Shown here piece after piece: positions 1 through 13,999 of a stretch of 64,000 nt of DNA. Made by a program: the position numbers and the translations under genes. Under the pieces are notes generated by a model. The model did no database searches, had not been told where the DNA came from, and saw only the letters and a list, made by a program, of their open reading frames with translations. Source of the stretch: Antedon mediterranea (taxonomy: Eukaryota; Animalia; Echinodermata); NCBI RefSeq assembly GCF_964355755.1, contig NC_092670.1:3090201-3154200 (forward strand), written 5' to 3'. Within the stretch, counting starts at the first letter, position 1, and the number at the start of each line of letters is the position of its first letter.

Positions 1-1452
1 TAGGTTGAGGACAAAAGGAAGTGTTCACGTTGGTATTATGACCTGAACTGAAGAATATGATATGTTGTTATTGCTGAATTTTATTATTTAAATTCATATA
101 TAGTATACACAGTATAATCTGTATCCATATCACATACAGTGTAGAATAGGTGAAATTACGGGACCCGCTATTTATTGCAATTTTTAACATGTTGACGGTT
201 TTAAAATGAAACGCGAAGGTAGCAATTCCGAAAGGAAATTATCTCAGCAACAACGTATTAGCGTGTAGAAGAAATTTGAATACGTGAAATATTGATGCGC
301 GCTCTTTTAAATGTAATGAATTATGACGCAAAAGATGAAAATACGACCTTTTTTATTTAACTGGCCATATGATGACGTCACAACATCCGATTGGCAAAAT
401 TTTTACATAATTTCGTATCTACAATCCAATAGCTTCCAGACAAAGTTTTAATCGTGATTATCACATTTTATTCTTACGAGCTATAACAGATTAAAATTTA
501 CTGTAAAGATGAAATTAATGCCACACGTGATTTAAATTTTTAGGCACGATGACGTCAAAAAAATTAAAATATTTTTAACTCATGCGAAAGATACTTGATT
601 GACCTAGACAATATCAAAATCGGGGTGAAAATGGAAAACGGATAAGTGGAGATGCGCTCTATTCAATGTGATGAGCTATGACGAAAGATACAAAAATCCT
701 AAATTTTATATTCGCGTGGCCATACGATGACGTCATAATGTCCGGTTACCCATATTAATACCTGATCCGATATCTACAACTCATCTACTTCCAGAATATG
801 TCATCCACAAAAATTTGACCGTCTAGTTTAGAAATTACGACTGTTTAAAAAAAGGCATATTTTAAACGAATTTTTTAACCTTTTCATAAAAAACGCGCGC
901 AAATTGTCCAATTCGACGTGCTCGTATGACGTATCTTTAAGTCGAAATTGTTTAAAATTTGGTAAAATTACTAGAAAAGGCTGAAAAAACATAAATCACG
1001 CGAAAAAAATACGTTTTCAATGCTACGTGCGCACCGTACACGTAAAAATGTGCGCACGCGTGGGAATTTTTGACATGCTCAAAACGACATGAAACGCGTA
1101 GAAAGTTGATTAGAAATTAATTTTGCGCATTTTGAAATTTTAAATGCGCGTGCGCGCGTAACTTTGTGTAAAACACGCAATTTTTTTTCAACAGACAGTT
1201 AGCGCATAATATAAATTAAACTTTTGCAAAGTTTCATTTTAAAATGTTGTTTGGTTTTCGACATATGTTAAATACGAGAAAATCGTTAAATCGCGCGTAC
1301 GTCGCGTTGCGCAATTGTAAACATCATGAAAAGCTTCGCTTGACGACGTTACGTGAATGTCAAAATGTTAACATAGTTAACAAAATGTTATGTTTGCAAG
1401 TTTTAGAGAAAAGCGTTACACAAAAATCATACAGAAAGAAAGAAGATGAAAA

Positions 1453-4400
1453 CTAGACATGAAACTCGTCACTTTGACGAGTTAGTTATCCGCACGACAA
1501 ACGCCACGTGCACGCCATACGTTGCAATATTGCACACGGAAAAAGATTATGGCATTATGACCTAAACCGAAGACTATGATATGTTGTTATTGCTGAATTC
1601 TATTATTTTGATTCATATATAGTATACACAGTGTAATCTGTATACATATCACATACAGTGTAGAATAGGGGAAATTACGGGACCCGCTATTTATTGCAAT
1701 TTTTAACATGTTCATGGTTTTAAAATGAAACGCGAAGGTAGCAATTTTGGAAGGAAATTATCTCAGCAACAACATATTAACGTGTAGAAGAAATTTGAAT
1801 AGGTGAAATATTAATGCGCGCTCTTTTAAATGTAATGAACTATGACGCAAAATATGAAAATACGACTTTTTTTATTTAACTGGCCATATGATGACGTCAC
1901 CACATCCGATTGGCAAAATTTTCACATTATTTTGTATCTACAATCCAATAGCTTCAAGAAAACGTTTTAATCGTGATTATCACATTTTATTCTTACGAGC
2001 TATAACAGATTGAAATTTACTGTAAAGATGAAATTAATGCCACACGTAATTTAAATTTTTAGGCATGATGACGTCATAAAAATTAAAATATTTTTAACTC
2101 ATGCTAAAGATAGTTGATTGACCTAGACAATATCAAAATCGGGGTGAAAATGGAAAACGGATAAGTGGAGATGCGCTCTATTAAATGTGAGGAGTTATGA
2201 CGAAAGATACAAAAATCCTAAATTTCATATTCGCGTGGCCTTACGATGACGTCACAATGTCCGGTTAGCCATATTAATGCATGATCTGATATCTACAACT
2301 CATCAACTTTCAGAATATGTAATAAAAATAATTTTTACCGTTTAGTTTAGAAACTACGATTGTTTAAAAAAAGGCTTAATTTTGACGAATTTTTGAAGAT
2401 TTTCATCAAAAAAGCGCGAAAATTATCATATTCTACGTGCTCGTATGACGTAATTTGAAGTCGAAATTGTTTAAAAGTTGGTAAAATTACTAGAAAAGAC
2501 TGGAAAAACATAAATCACTCGAAAAAATGACGTTTTTAACGCTACGTGTGCAGCACGCGCGTAAAAATTTGCGCACGTGTGGGAATTTTTGACATGCTCA
2601 AAATGACATGAAACGCGTAGAAAGTTGATTAGAAATTGATTTTTCGCATTGTAAAATTTTTAACGCGCGTGCGCGCGTAACTTCGTGTAAAACATGCCAT
2701 TTTTAGTGCACAAAAAGTTAGCGCACGATATAAATTAGACTTTTGCTAAATTTCAATTTAAATTGTTATATGGTTTTCGATCTATGTTAAATACGCGAAA
2801 TTCATAAAAACGCGCGTAAGTCATGTTGCGCAACTCTGACGTCATTCAATTATAGGAAAGCACAACTTCACGTGATTGCCCATATGTTGACAAAGTTATA
2901 AAATGTTATCTTTACACGTTTTAGAGATACGCTCTGCACAAAAATGACAGAAAGAAAGAAGAACTAGACATGTAACTCGTCACTTTGACGAGTTAGTTAT
3001 CCGCACGACAAAGGCCACGTGCACGTCATACGTTAGAATATTGGACACAGAAAAAGATTATGGCAATATGACCTGAACTGAAGAATATGATATGTTGTTA
3101 TTGCTGAATTCTGTTATTTTGTGTCATATAGTATATACATAATCTGTATACATATTACATACAGTGTAGAATAGGTGAAATTACGGGAACCCCCGTTTAT
3201 TCCTATTTTTAACATGGCGACGGTATCAAAATGAAAAACTAAGACAGCAATTTGGGAAGGAAATTATCTCAGTAACAACATATTAACGTGCTGAAGAAAT
3301 TTGAATACGTGAAATATTGATGCACGCTCTTTTAAATGTAATGAATTATGACGCAAAAGATGAAAATACGACTTTTCTTATTTAACTGGCCATATGATGA
3401 CGTCACAACATCCGAATGGCAAAATGTTTACATGATTTTGTATCTACAATTCAATAGCTTCCAGAAAACGTTTTAATTGTGATTATCACATTTTATTCGT
3501 ACGAGCTATAACAGATTAAAATTTACTGTAAAGATGAAATTAAAGGCACACGTAATTCAAATTTTTAGGCGTGATGACGTCATAAAAATTAAAATATTTT
3601 TAACTCATGCAAAGGATAGTTGATTGACCTAGACAATATCAAAATCCGCGTGAAAATGGAAAACGGATAAGTGGAGATGCGCTCTATTAAATGTGATGCG
3701 CTATGACAAAAGAGAAAAAATCGCTATATTTTATATTAGAGTGGCCATACGATGACGTCATAATGTCCGGTTAGCCATATTGATGCATGATACGATATCT
3801 ACAACTCATCATCTTCCAGAATACGTAATAAAAACAACTTTTACCGTTTAGTTTAGAAACTACAACTGTTTTAAAAAAGGTATAATTTTGACAAATTTTG
3901 ATGAATTTTTGAACTTTTTCATAAAAAACGCACATAAATTATCCAATTCTACGGGCTCGTATGACTTGATTTTAAGTCGAAATCGTTTAAAAGTTGGTAA
4001 AATTACTAGAAAAGGCTGGAAAAACCTAAATCACGCAAAAAAAATGGTTTTCAACGCTACGTGCGCACCACGCGCGTAAAAATATTCGCGCGCGTGGGAA
4101 TTTTTTACATGGTCAAAATGACATGAAACGCGTAGAAAGTTGATTAGAAATTGATTTTTCGCATTTTAAAATTTTAAACGCGCGTGCGCGCGTAACTTCG
4201 TGTGAAACATGCCATTTTTTTCCCACAGTCAGTTAGCGCAGAATATAAATTAAACTTTTGCCAAGTTTCAATTTAAATTGTTATATGGTTTTTGATTTAT
4301 GTTAAATACGCGAAAATCGTTAAAACGCGCGTAATTCATGTTGCGCAATTCTGACGTCATTCAAAAATAAAAAAGCACAACTTCACGTGAATGCCCATAT

Positions 4401-4629
4401 GTTGACAAAGTTATGAAATGTTAACTGTACACGTTTTTGAGATATGCTCTGCACAAAAATGACAGAAAGAAAGAAGAATACAGAAAAAAAAAAAAGATGA
4501 TGAAACAGGACAGTTACAAGGAGTTATCCGTGAAAGCGGATAACTAATAATACAGAAAAAAAAAAAAAAAAAAAAGATGATGAAACAGGACAGTTACAAG
4601 GAGTTATCCGCCATAGTGCGGATAACTAA
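1453..4629 (-). mobile_element. Two copies of a divergent HINE subfamily B (2964-4547 nested in the linker of 1453-4629)
   Basis: The subTIR variant is TAGTTATCCGC/GCGGATAACTA. The sequence after the hairpin (ACGACAAA...CCACGTGCAC) and the cap (GATGATGAAACAGGACAGTTACAAGGAGTTATCCG...GCGGATAACTA) differ from subfamily A. The bodies are visibly diverged from subfamily A. Confidence 0.85.
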
Positions 4630-4688
4630 AAAAGATGATTTCGTACAATCACAAGAGGTTATCCTGCAACTTCGTTGCGGATAACCAA

Positions 4689-6262
4689 CTAGACATGTAA
4701 CTCGTCACTTTGACGAGTTTGGTTATCCGCCGCGCAAGTGGTGCAACATTAACATTAAGGGGATAGGTTGAGGACAAAAGGAAGTGTTCACGTTGGCATT
4801 ATGACCTGAACTGAAGAATATGATATGTTGTTATTGCTGAATTTTATTATTTAAATTCATATATAGTATACACAGTATAATCTGTATCCATATCACATAC
4901 AGTGACATACAGTGTAGAATAGGTGAAATTACGGGACCCGCTATTTATTGCAATTTTTAACATGTTGACGGTTTTAAAATGAAACGCGAAGGTAGTAATT
5001 CCGAAAGCAAATTATCTCAGCAACAACGTATTAACGTGTAGAAGAAATTTGAATACGTGAAATATTGATGCGCGCTCTTTTAAATGTAATGAATTATGAC
5101 GCAAAAGATGAAAATACGACCTTTTTTATTTAACTGGCCATATGATGACGTCACAACATCCGATTGGCAACATTTTTACATAATTTCGTATCTACAATCC
5201 AATAGCTTCCAGAAAAAGTCTTAATCGTGATTATCACATTTTATTCTTACGAGCTATAACAGATTAAAATTTACTGTAAAGATGAAATTACTGTCACACG
5301 TGATTTTAATTTTTAGGCATGATGACGTTAAGAAAATTAAAATATTTTTTACTCATGCGAAAGATAGTTGATTGACCTAGACAATGTCAAAATCGGGGTG
5401 AAAATGGAAAGCGGATAAGTGGAGATGCGCTCTATTCAATGTGATGAGCTATGACGAAAGATACAAAAATCCTAAATTTTATATTCGAGTGGCCATACGA
5501 TGACGTCACAATGTCCGGTTAGCCATATTAATACCTGATCCGATATCTACAACTCATCTACTTTCAGAATATGCCATCCATAAAAAGTTGACCGTCTAGT
5601 TTAGAAATTACGACTGTTTAAAAAAAGGCATATTTTAAACGAATTTTTTAACCTTTTCATAACAAACGCGCGCAAATTGTCCAATTCGACGTGCTCGTAT
5701 GACGTATCTTTAAGTCGAAATTGTTTAACATTTTGTAAAATTACTAGAAAAGGCTGGAAAAACATAAATCACGCAAAAAAAATACGTTTTCAATGCTACG
5801 TGCGCACCGCACACGTAAAAATGTGCGCACGCGTGGGAATTTTTGAAATGCTTAAAACGACATGAAACGCGTAGAAAGTTGATTAGAAATTAATTTTGCG
5901 CATTTTGAAATTTTAAATGCGCGTGCGCGCGTAACTTTGTGTAAAACACGGAATTTTTTTTCAACAGAAAGTTAGCGCATGATATAAATTAAACTTTTGC
6001 AAAGTTTCAAGTTGAAATGTTATTTGGTTGTCGAGCTATATTAAATACGACAAAATCGTTAAAAAGCGCGTAAGTCACGTTGCGCAATTGTAAACGTCAT
6101 GAAAAGCTTCGCTTGACGACGTTACGTAAATGTCAATATGTTAAGATAGTTACCGAAATGTTATGTTTGCGAGTTTTAGAGAAAAGCGTTACACAAAAAT
6201 CATACAGAATGATTTCGTACAATCACAAGAGGTTATCCTGCAACTTCGTTGCGGATAACCAA
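4689..6262 (-). mobile_element. Complete HINE copy, subfamily A (both termini, linker microsatellite deleted)
   Basis: Runs from CTAG+hairpin+subTIR at 4689 to GGTTATCCTGCAACTTCGTTGCGGATAACCAA at 6262. Essentially identical to 10922-12495. Confidence 0.85.
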
Positions 6263-9200
6263 CTAGACATGTAACTCGTCACTTTGACGAGTTTGGTTAT
6301 CCGCCGCGCAAGTGGTGCAACATTAACATTAAGGGGATAGGTTGAGGACAAAAGGAAGTGTTCACGTTGGCATTATGACCTGAACTGAAGAATATGATAT
6401 GTTGTTATTGCTGAAATTTATTGTTTAAATTCATATATACTGTAGTATACACAGTATAATCTGTATCCATATCACATACAGTGTAGAATAGGTGAAATTA
6501 CGGGACCCGCTATTTATTGCAATTTTTAACATGTTGACGGTTTTAAAATGAAACGCGAAGGTAGCAATTCCGAAAGGAAATTATCTCAGCAACAACGTAT
6601 TAGCATGTAGAAGAAATTTGAATACGTGAAATATTGATGCGCGCTCGTTTAAATGTAATGAATTATGACGCAAAAGATGAAAATACGACCTTTTTTATTT
6701 AACTGGCCATATGATGACGTCACAACATCCGATTGGCAACATTTTTACATAAAATCGTATCTACAGTCCAATAGCTTCCAGAAAAAGTTTTAATCGTGAT
6801 TATCACATTTTATTCTTACGAGCTATAACAGATTAAAATTTACTGTAAAGATGAAATTAATGCCACACGTGATTTAAATTTTTAAGCACGATGACGTAAA
6901 AAAAATTAAAATATTTTTAACTCATGCGAAAGATAGTTGATTGACCTAGACAATATCAAAATCGGGGTGAAAATGGAAAACGAATAAGTGGAGAGGCGCT
7001 CTATTCAATGTGATGACCTATGACGAAAGATACAAAAATCCTAAATTTTATATTCGTGTGGCCATACGATGACGTCACAATGTCCGGTTAGCCATATTAA
7101 TACCTGATCCGATATCTACAACTCATCAACTTCCAGAATATGTCATCCACAAAAAGTTGACCGTGTAGTTTAGAAATTACGACTGTTTAAAAAAAGGCAT
7201 ATTTTTAACGGAATTTTGAACTTTTTCATCAAAAACACGCGCAAATTGTCCAATTCGACGTGCTCGTATGACGTAACTTTAAGTCGAAATTGTTTAAAAT
7301 TTGATAAAATTACTAGAAAAGGCTGGAAAAACATAAATCACGCGAAAAAAATATGTTTTCAATGCTACGTGCGCACCGCACACGTAAAAATTTGCGCACG
7401 CGTGGGAATTTTTTACATGCTTAAAACGACATGAAACGCGTAGAAAGTTGATTAGAAATTAATTTTGCGCATTTTGAAATTTTAAATGCGCGTGCGCGCG
7501 TAACTTTGTGTAAAACACGCAATTTTTTTTCAACATAAAGTTAGCGCATGATATAAATTAAACTTTTGGAAAGTTTCAATTTGAAATGTTATTTGGTTTT
7601 CGACCTATGTTAAATACGAGGAAATCGTTAAATCACGCGTAAGTCACGTTGCGCAATTGTAAACGTCATGAAAAGCTTCGCAGCACATCTTCATGTGCAT
7701 GACGATATGTTGAGAAAGTTACAAAATGTTATGTTTACAAGTTTTAGAGAAAAGCGTTCCACAAAAATCATACAGAAAGAAAGAAGATCAAGAAAAAGAC
7801 TAGACATGTAACTCGTCACTTTGACGAGTTTGGTTATCCGCCGCGCAAGTGGTGCAACATTAACATTAAGGGGATAGGTTGAGGACAAAAGGAACTGTTC
7901 ACGTTGGCATTATGACCTGAACTGAAGAATATGATATGTTGTTATTGCTGAATTTTATTATTTAAATTCATATATAGTATACACAGTATAATCTGTATCC
8001 ATATCACATACAGTGTAGAATAGGTGAAATTACGGACCCGCTATTTATTGCAATTTTTAACATGTTGACGGTTTTAAAATGAAACGCGAAGGTAGCAATT
8101 CCGAAAGGAAATTATCTCAGCAACAACGTATTAGCGTGTAGAAGAAATTTGAATACGTGAAATATTGATGCGCGCTCTTTTAAATGTAATGAATTATGAC
8201 GCAAAAGATGAAAATACGACCTTTTTTATTTAACTGGCCATATGATGACGTCACAACATCCGATTGGCAACATTTTTACATAATTTCGTATCTACAATCC
8301 AATAGCTTCCAGAAAAAGTTTTAATCGTGATTATCACATTTTATTCTTACGAGCTATAACAGATTAAAATTTACTGTAAAGATGAAATTGATGCCACACG
8401 TGATATAAATTTTTAGGCATGATGACGTCAAAAAAATTAAAATATTTTTAACTCATGCGAAAGATAGTTGATTGACCTAGACAATATCAAAATCGGGGTG
8501 AAAATGGAAAACGGATAAGTGGAGATGCGCTCTATTCAATGTGATGAGCTATGACGAAAGATACAAAAATCCTAAATTTTATATTCGCGTGGCCATACGA
8601 TGACGTCACAATGTCCGGTTAGCCATATTAATACCTGATCCGACATCTACAACTCATCTACTTCCAGAATATGTCATCCACAAAAAGTTGACCGTCTAGT
8701 TTAGAAATTACCACTGTTTAAAAAAAGGCATATTTTAAACGAATTTTTTAACCTTTTCATAAAAAACGCGCGCAAATTTTCCAATTCGACGTGCTCGTAT
8801 GACGTATCTTTAAGTCGAAATTGTTTAAAATTTGGTAAAATTACTAGAAAAGGCTGGAAAAACATAAATCACGCGAAAAAAATACGTTTTCAATGCTACG
8901 TGCGCACCGCACACGTAAAAATGTGCGCATGCGTGGGAATTTTTGACATGCTTAAAACGACATGAAACGCGTAGAAAGTTGATTATAAATTAATTTTGCG
9001 CATTTTGAAATTTTAAATGCGCGTGCGCGCGTAACTTTGTGTAAAACACGCAATTTTTTTTCAACAGAAAGTTAGCGCATGATATAAATTAAACTTTTGC
9101 AAAGTTTCACTTTAAAATGTTATTTGGTTTTCGACATATGTTAAATACGAGAAAATCGTTAAATCGCGCGTACGTCACGTTGCGCAATTGTAAACATCAT

Positions 9201-12200
9201 GAAAAGCTTCGCTTGACGACGTTACATAAATGTCAAATTGTTAACATAGTTCACAAAATGTTATGTTTGCAAGTTTTAGAGAAAAGCGTGCCACAAAAAT
9301 CATACAGAAAGAAAGAAGAGAAATAAAAAGTTGATGATGTTGATGATGATTTCGTACAATCACAAGAGGTTATCCTGCAACTTCGTTGCGGATAACCAAC
9401 TAGACATGTAACTCGTCACTTTGACGAGTTTGGTTATCCGCCGCGCAAGTGGTGCAACATTAACATTAAGGGGATAGGTTGAGGACAAAAGGAAGTGTTC
9501 ACGTTGGCATTATGACCTGAACTGAAGAATATGATATGTTGTTATTGCTGAATTTTATTGTTTAAATTCATATATAGTATACACAGTATAATCTGTATCC
9601 ATATCACATACAGTGTAGAATAGGTGAAATTACGGGACCCGCTATTTATTGCAATTTTTAACATGTTGACGGTTTTAAAATGAAACGCTAAGGTAGCAAT
9701 TCCGAAAGAAAATTATCTCAGCAACAACGTATTAACGTGTAGAAGAAATTTGAATACGTGAAATATTGATGCGCGCTCTTTTAAATGTAATGAATTATGA
9801 CGCAAAAGATGAAAATACGACCTTTTTTATTTAACTGGCCATATGATGACGTCACAACATCCGATTGGCAACATTTTTACATAATTTCGTATCTACAATC
9901 CAATAGCTTCCAGAAAAAGTTTTAATCGTGATTATCACATTTTATTCTTACGAGCTATAACAGATTAAAATTTACTGTAAAGATGAAATTGATGCCACAC
10001 GTGATTTAAATTTTTAGGCATGACGACGTCAAAAAAATAAAAATATTTTTAACTCATGCGAAAGATAGTTGATTGACCTAGACAATATCAAAATCGGGGT
10101 GAAAATGGAAAACGGATAAGTGGAGATGCGCTCTATTCAATGTGATGAGCTATGACGAAAGATACAAAAATCCTAAATTTTATATTCGCGTGGCCATACG
10201 ATGACGTCACAATGTCCGGTTAGCCATATTAATACCTGATCCGACATCTACAACTCATCTACTTCCAGAATATGTCATCCACAAAAAGTTGACCGTCTAG
10301 TTTAGAAATTACGACTGTTTAAAAAAAGGCATATTTTAAACGAATTGTTTAACCTTTTCATAAAAAACGCGCGCAAATTGTCCAATTCGACGTGCTCGTA
10401 TGACGTATCTTTAAGTCGAAATTGTTTAAAATTTGGTAAAATTACTAGAAAAGGCTGGAAAAACATAAATTACGCGAAAAAAATACGTTTTCAATGCTAC
10501 GTGCGCACCGCACACGTAAAAATGTGCGCACGCGTGGGAATTTTTGACATGCTTAAAACGACATGAAACGCGTAGAAAGTTGATTATAAATTAATTTTGC
10601 GCAATTTGAAATTTTAAATGCGCGTGCGCGCGTAACTTTGTGTAAAACACGCAATTTTTTTTCAGCAGAAAGTTAGCGCATGATATAAATTAAACTTTTG
10701 CAAAGTTTCACTTTAAAATGTTATTTGGTTTTCGACATATGTTAAATACGAGAAAATCGTTAAATCGCGCGTACGTCACGTTGCGCAATTGTAAACGTCA
10801 TGAAAAGCTTCGCATGACGACGTTACGTAAATGTCAAAATGTTAACATAGTTAACGAAATGTTATGTTTGCGAGTTTTAGAGAAAAGCGTTACACAAAAA
10901 TCATACAGAAAGAAAGAAGAACTAGACATGTAACTCGTCACTTTGACGAGTTTGGTTATCCGCCGCGCAAGTGGTGCAACATTAACATTAAGGGGATAGG
11001 TTGAGGACAAAAGGAAGTGTTCACGTTGGCATTATGACCTGAACTGAAGAATATGATATGTTGTTATTGCTGAATTTTATTATTTAAATTCATATATAGT
11101 ATACACAGTATAATCTGTATCCATATCACATACAGTGACATACAGTGTAGAATAGGTGAAATTACGGGACCCGCTATTTATTGCAATTTTTAACATGTTG
11201 ACGGTTTTAAAATGAAACGCGAAGGTAGTAATTCCGAAAGCAAATTATCTCAGCAACAACGTATTAACGTGTAGAAGAAATTTGAATACGTGAAATATTG
11301 ATGCGCGCTCTTTTAAATGTAATGAATTATGACGCAAAAGATGAAAATACGACCTTTTTTATTTAACTGGCCATATGATGACGTCACAACATCCGATTGG
11401 CAACATTTTTACATAATTTCGTATCTACAATCCAATAGCTTCCAGAAAAAGTCTTAATCGTGATTATCACATTTTATTCTTACGAGCTATAACAGATTAA
11501 AATTTACTGTAAAGATGAAATTACTGTCACACGTGATTTTAATTTTTAGGCATGATGACGTTAAGAAAATTAAAATATTTTTTACTCATGCGAAAGATAG
11601 TTGATTGACCTAGACAATGTCAAAATCGGGGTGAAAATGGAAAGCGGATAAGTGGAGATGCGCTCTATTCAATGTGATGAGCTATGACGAAAGATACAAA
11701 AATCCTAAATTTTATATTCGAGTGGCCATACGATGACGTCACAATGTCCGGTTAGCCATATTAATACCTGATCCGATATCTACAACTCATCTACTTTCAG
11801 AATATGCCATCCATAAAAAGTTGACCGTCTAGTTTAGAAATTACGACTGTTTAAAAAAAGGCATATTTTAAACGAATTTTTTAACCTTTTCATAACAAAC
11901 GCGCGCAAATTGTCCAATTCGACGTGCTCGTATGACGTATCTTTAAGTCGAAATTGTTTAACATTTTGTAAAATTACTAGAAAAGGCTGGAAAAACATAA
12001 ATCACGCAAAAAAAATACGTTTTCAATGCTACGTGCGCACCGCACACGTAAAAATGTGCGCACGCGTGGGAATTTTTGAAATGCTTAAAACGACATGAAA
12101 CGCGTAGAAAGTTGATTAGAAATTAATTTTGCGCATTTTGAAATTTTAAATGCGCGTGCGCGCGTAACTTTGTGTAAAACACGGAATTTTTTTTCAACAG

Positions 12201-12670
12201 AAAGTTAGCGCATGATATAAATTAAACTTTTGCAAAGTTTCAAGTTGAAATGTTATTTGGTTGTCGAGCTATATTAAATACGACAAAATCGTTAAAAAGC
12301 GCGTAAGTCACGTTGCGCAATTGTAAACGTCATGAAAAGCTTCGCTTGACGACGTTACGTAAATGTCAATATGTTAAGATAGTTACCGAAATGTTATGTT
12401 TGCGAGTTTTAGAGAAAAGCGTTACACAAAAATCATACAGAATGATTTCGTACAATCACAAGAGGTTATCCTGCAACTTCGTTGCGGATAACCAACTAGA
12501 CATGTAACTCGTCACTTTGACGAGTTTGGTTATCCGCCGCGCAAGTGGTGCAACATTAACATTAAGGGGATAGGTTGAGGACAAAAGGAAGTGTTCACGT
12601 TGGCATTATGACCTGAACTGAAGAATATGATATGTTGTTATTGCTGAAATTTATTGTTTAAATTCATATA

Positions 12671-13999
12671 CAGTCAACTCTCCCAATACCGGACTCTCCC
12701 AAAACCGGAATTCACGAAAAACCGGACTTTTTTGGAGGGCCCAATTTGTCCCTATTCTAAATGTACTGTAATTTATCATGAAAACCGGAATACCCAATTC
12801 CGGATTCCGGACAAATTATGAAGTACAAAACACAAAAATTAGCGTCTGAAAACCGGACTGACAGTTAAAAAACTCCAAATATTTACGAAAACAACGTAAC
12901 ATCGTCGTCGCTGACTCGGATTCAATACATTCACAATGTACAAACGCTTTTAACCATACCCTCACCATGCATGAAGTGCGCGACGTTTCGCGGTACGATC
13001 AAATAATGTTGCCATGGAGCACACACTGTGATTGACAGGTCAGTTTCATTGTTAACCCACGAGGCGGCAATTGCTTTGTTGCGTATCGAACTGCGGTGGG
13101 CTTTTTCACATCGAAGCGCTATGTCTTAATGTCTATTGTTTTTAGCAGGGAGTTGTTAACAACTCCCTGTTTTTTAGCATATGAATTGTTTTTTAATAAA
13201 GTTCAATTTACATTCCACTTTGTGTCTTTGTTTTGTTTAAATTATTGTTAAATTCACAATTGCAATAGGACTTTAAAAAGGAATGTTTCACTAAAAATGT
13301 GCATCATTATAAATTTGGAAATCATTATGGCAAAACGTAAACGGAATGAACTTGACTTAACTAGTGTTAATAAACTTTGAAATGTTACCAATTAATTATT
13401 GTGTCATTATTGCTTGGCTCGTTTACCTAATCAATTTTCATCATTGCTATCAAATTACGTCAAAATAAAGGAGCTTAAAAAACATGTGGTCTAGGTGTGG
13501 GCGTTTTTATTTGATTATGACACCTCTGCACATGCGCATCAATCAAAGCCCTTCACACCCATGCTGCTGCTGCTAGCTAGCTCACGAAAAACAATAAACA
13601 GACCGAAATTATGTTCACCGTACGTACGTACATAGGCCTTTTTGCCGTTAAAAACACATTGAGAAACAATAATTTACTATTGTAATGTTTTATTGGTACA
13701 GTAAATAATGTAACTTTTAAAAAAGGTAAATTGAATTACTGTAGCTTAATATTAATAAAGTAGGCCTAGCCTAGGCCTATCAGTATTTATTTAATTAAAA
13801 CTAGATTGACACAATCATAGCCTAGCCTAGGCCTTCCCTACGCTAGGAGACCGTACCGGGCAGCATTCGGACCGGTGATTCAAAGCATTTTCAGTGACAA
13901 CGTGATGACTTAAAAAATATGTTTTCAGGAAACCGGACTTTCGAAAAACCGGAAAATATATGCCCGCCCAAGGGTGTCCGGTATTGGGAGAGTTGACTG
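12671..13999. mobile_element. Non-autonomous Tc1/mariner-superfamily (pogo/Tigger-like) element, 1329 bp
   Basis: Perfect 24-bp TIR CAGTCAACTCTCCCAATACCGGAC, TA target duplication and subterminal AAAACCGGA repeats. The empty site is visible in the paralogous unit at ~6431-6450. A short remnant ATG-AKRKRNELDL at 13327 resembles a pogo transposase N-terminus. Confidence 0.9.

Noticed and set aside
4478-4700. Stacked palindromic ~55-bp repeats resembling a CRISPR array or terminators
   Set aside because: There are no unique spacers and no cas genes, and the context is eukaryotic. They are explained as displaced Helentron 5' caps.
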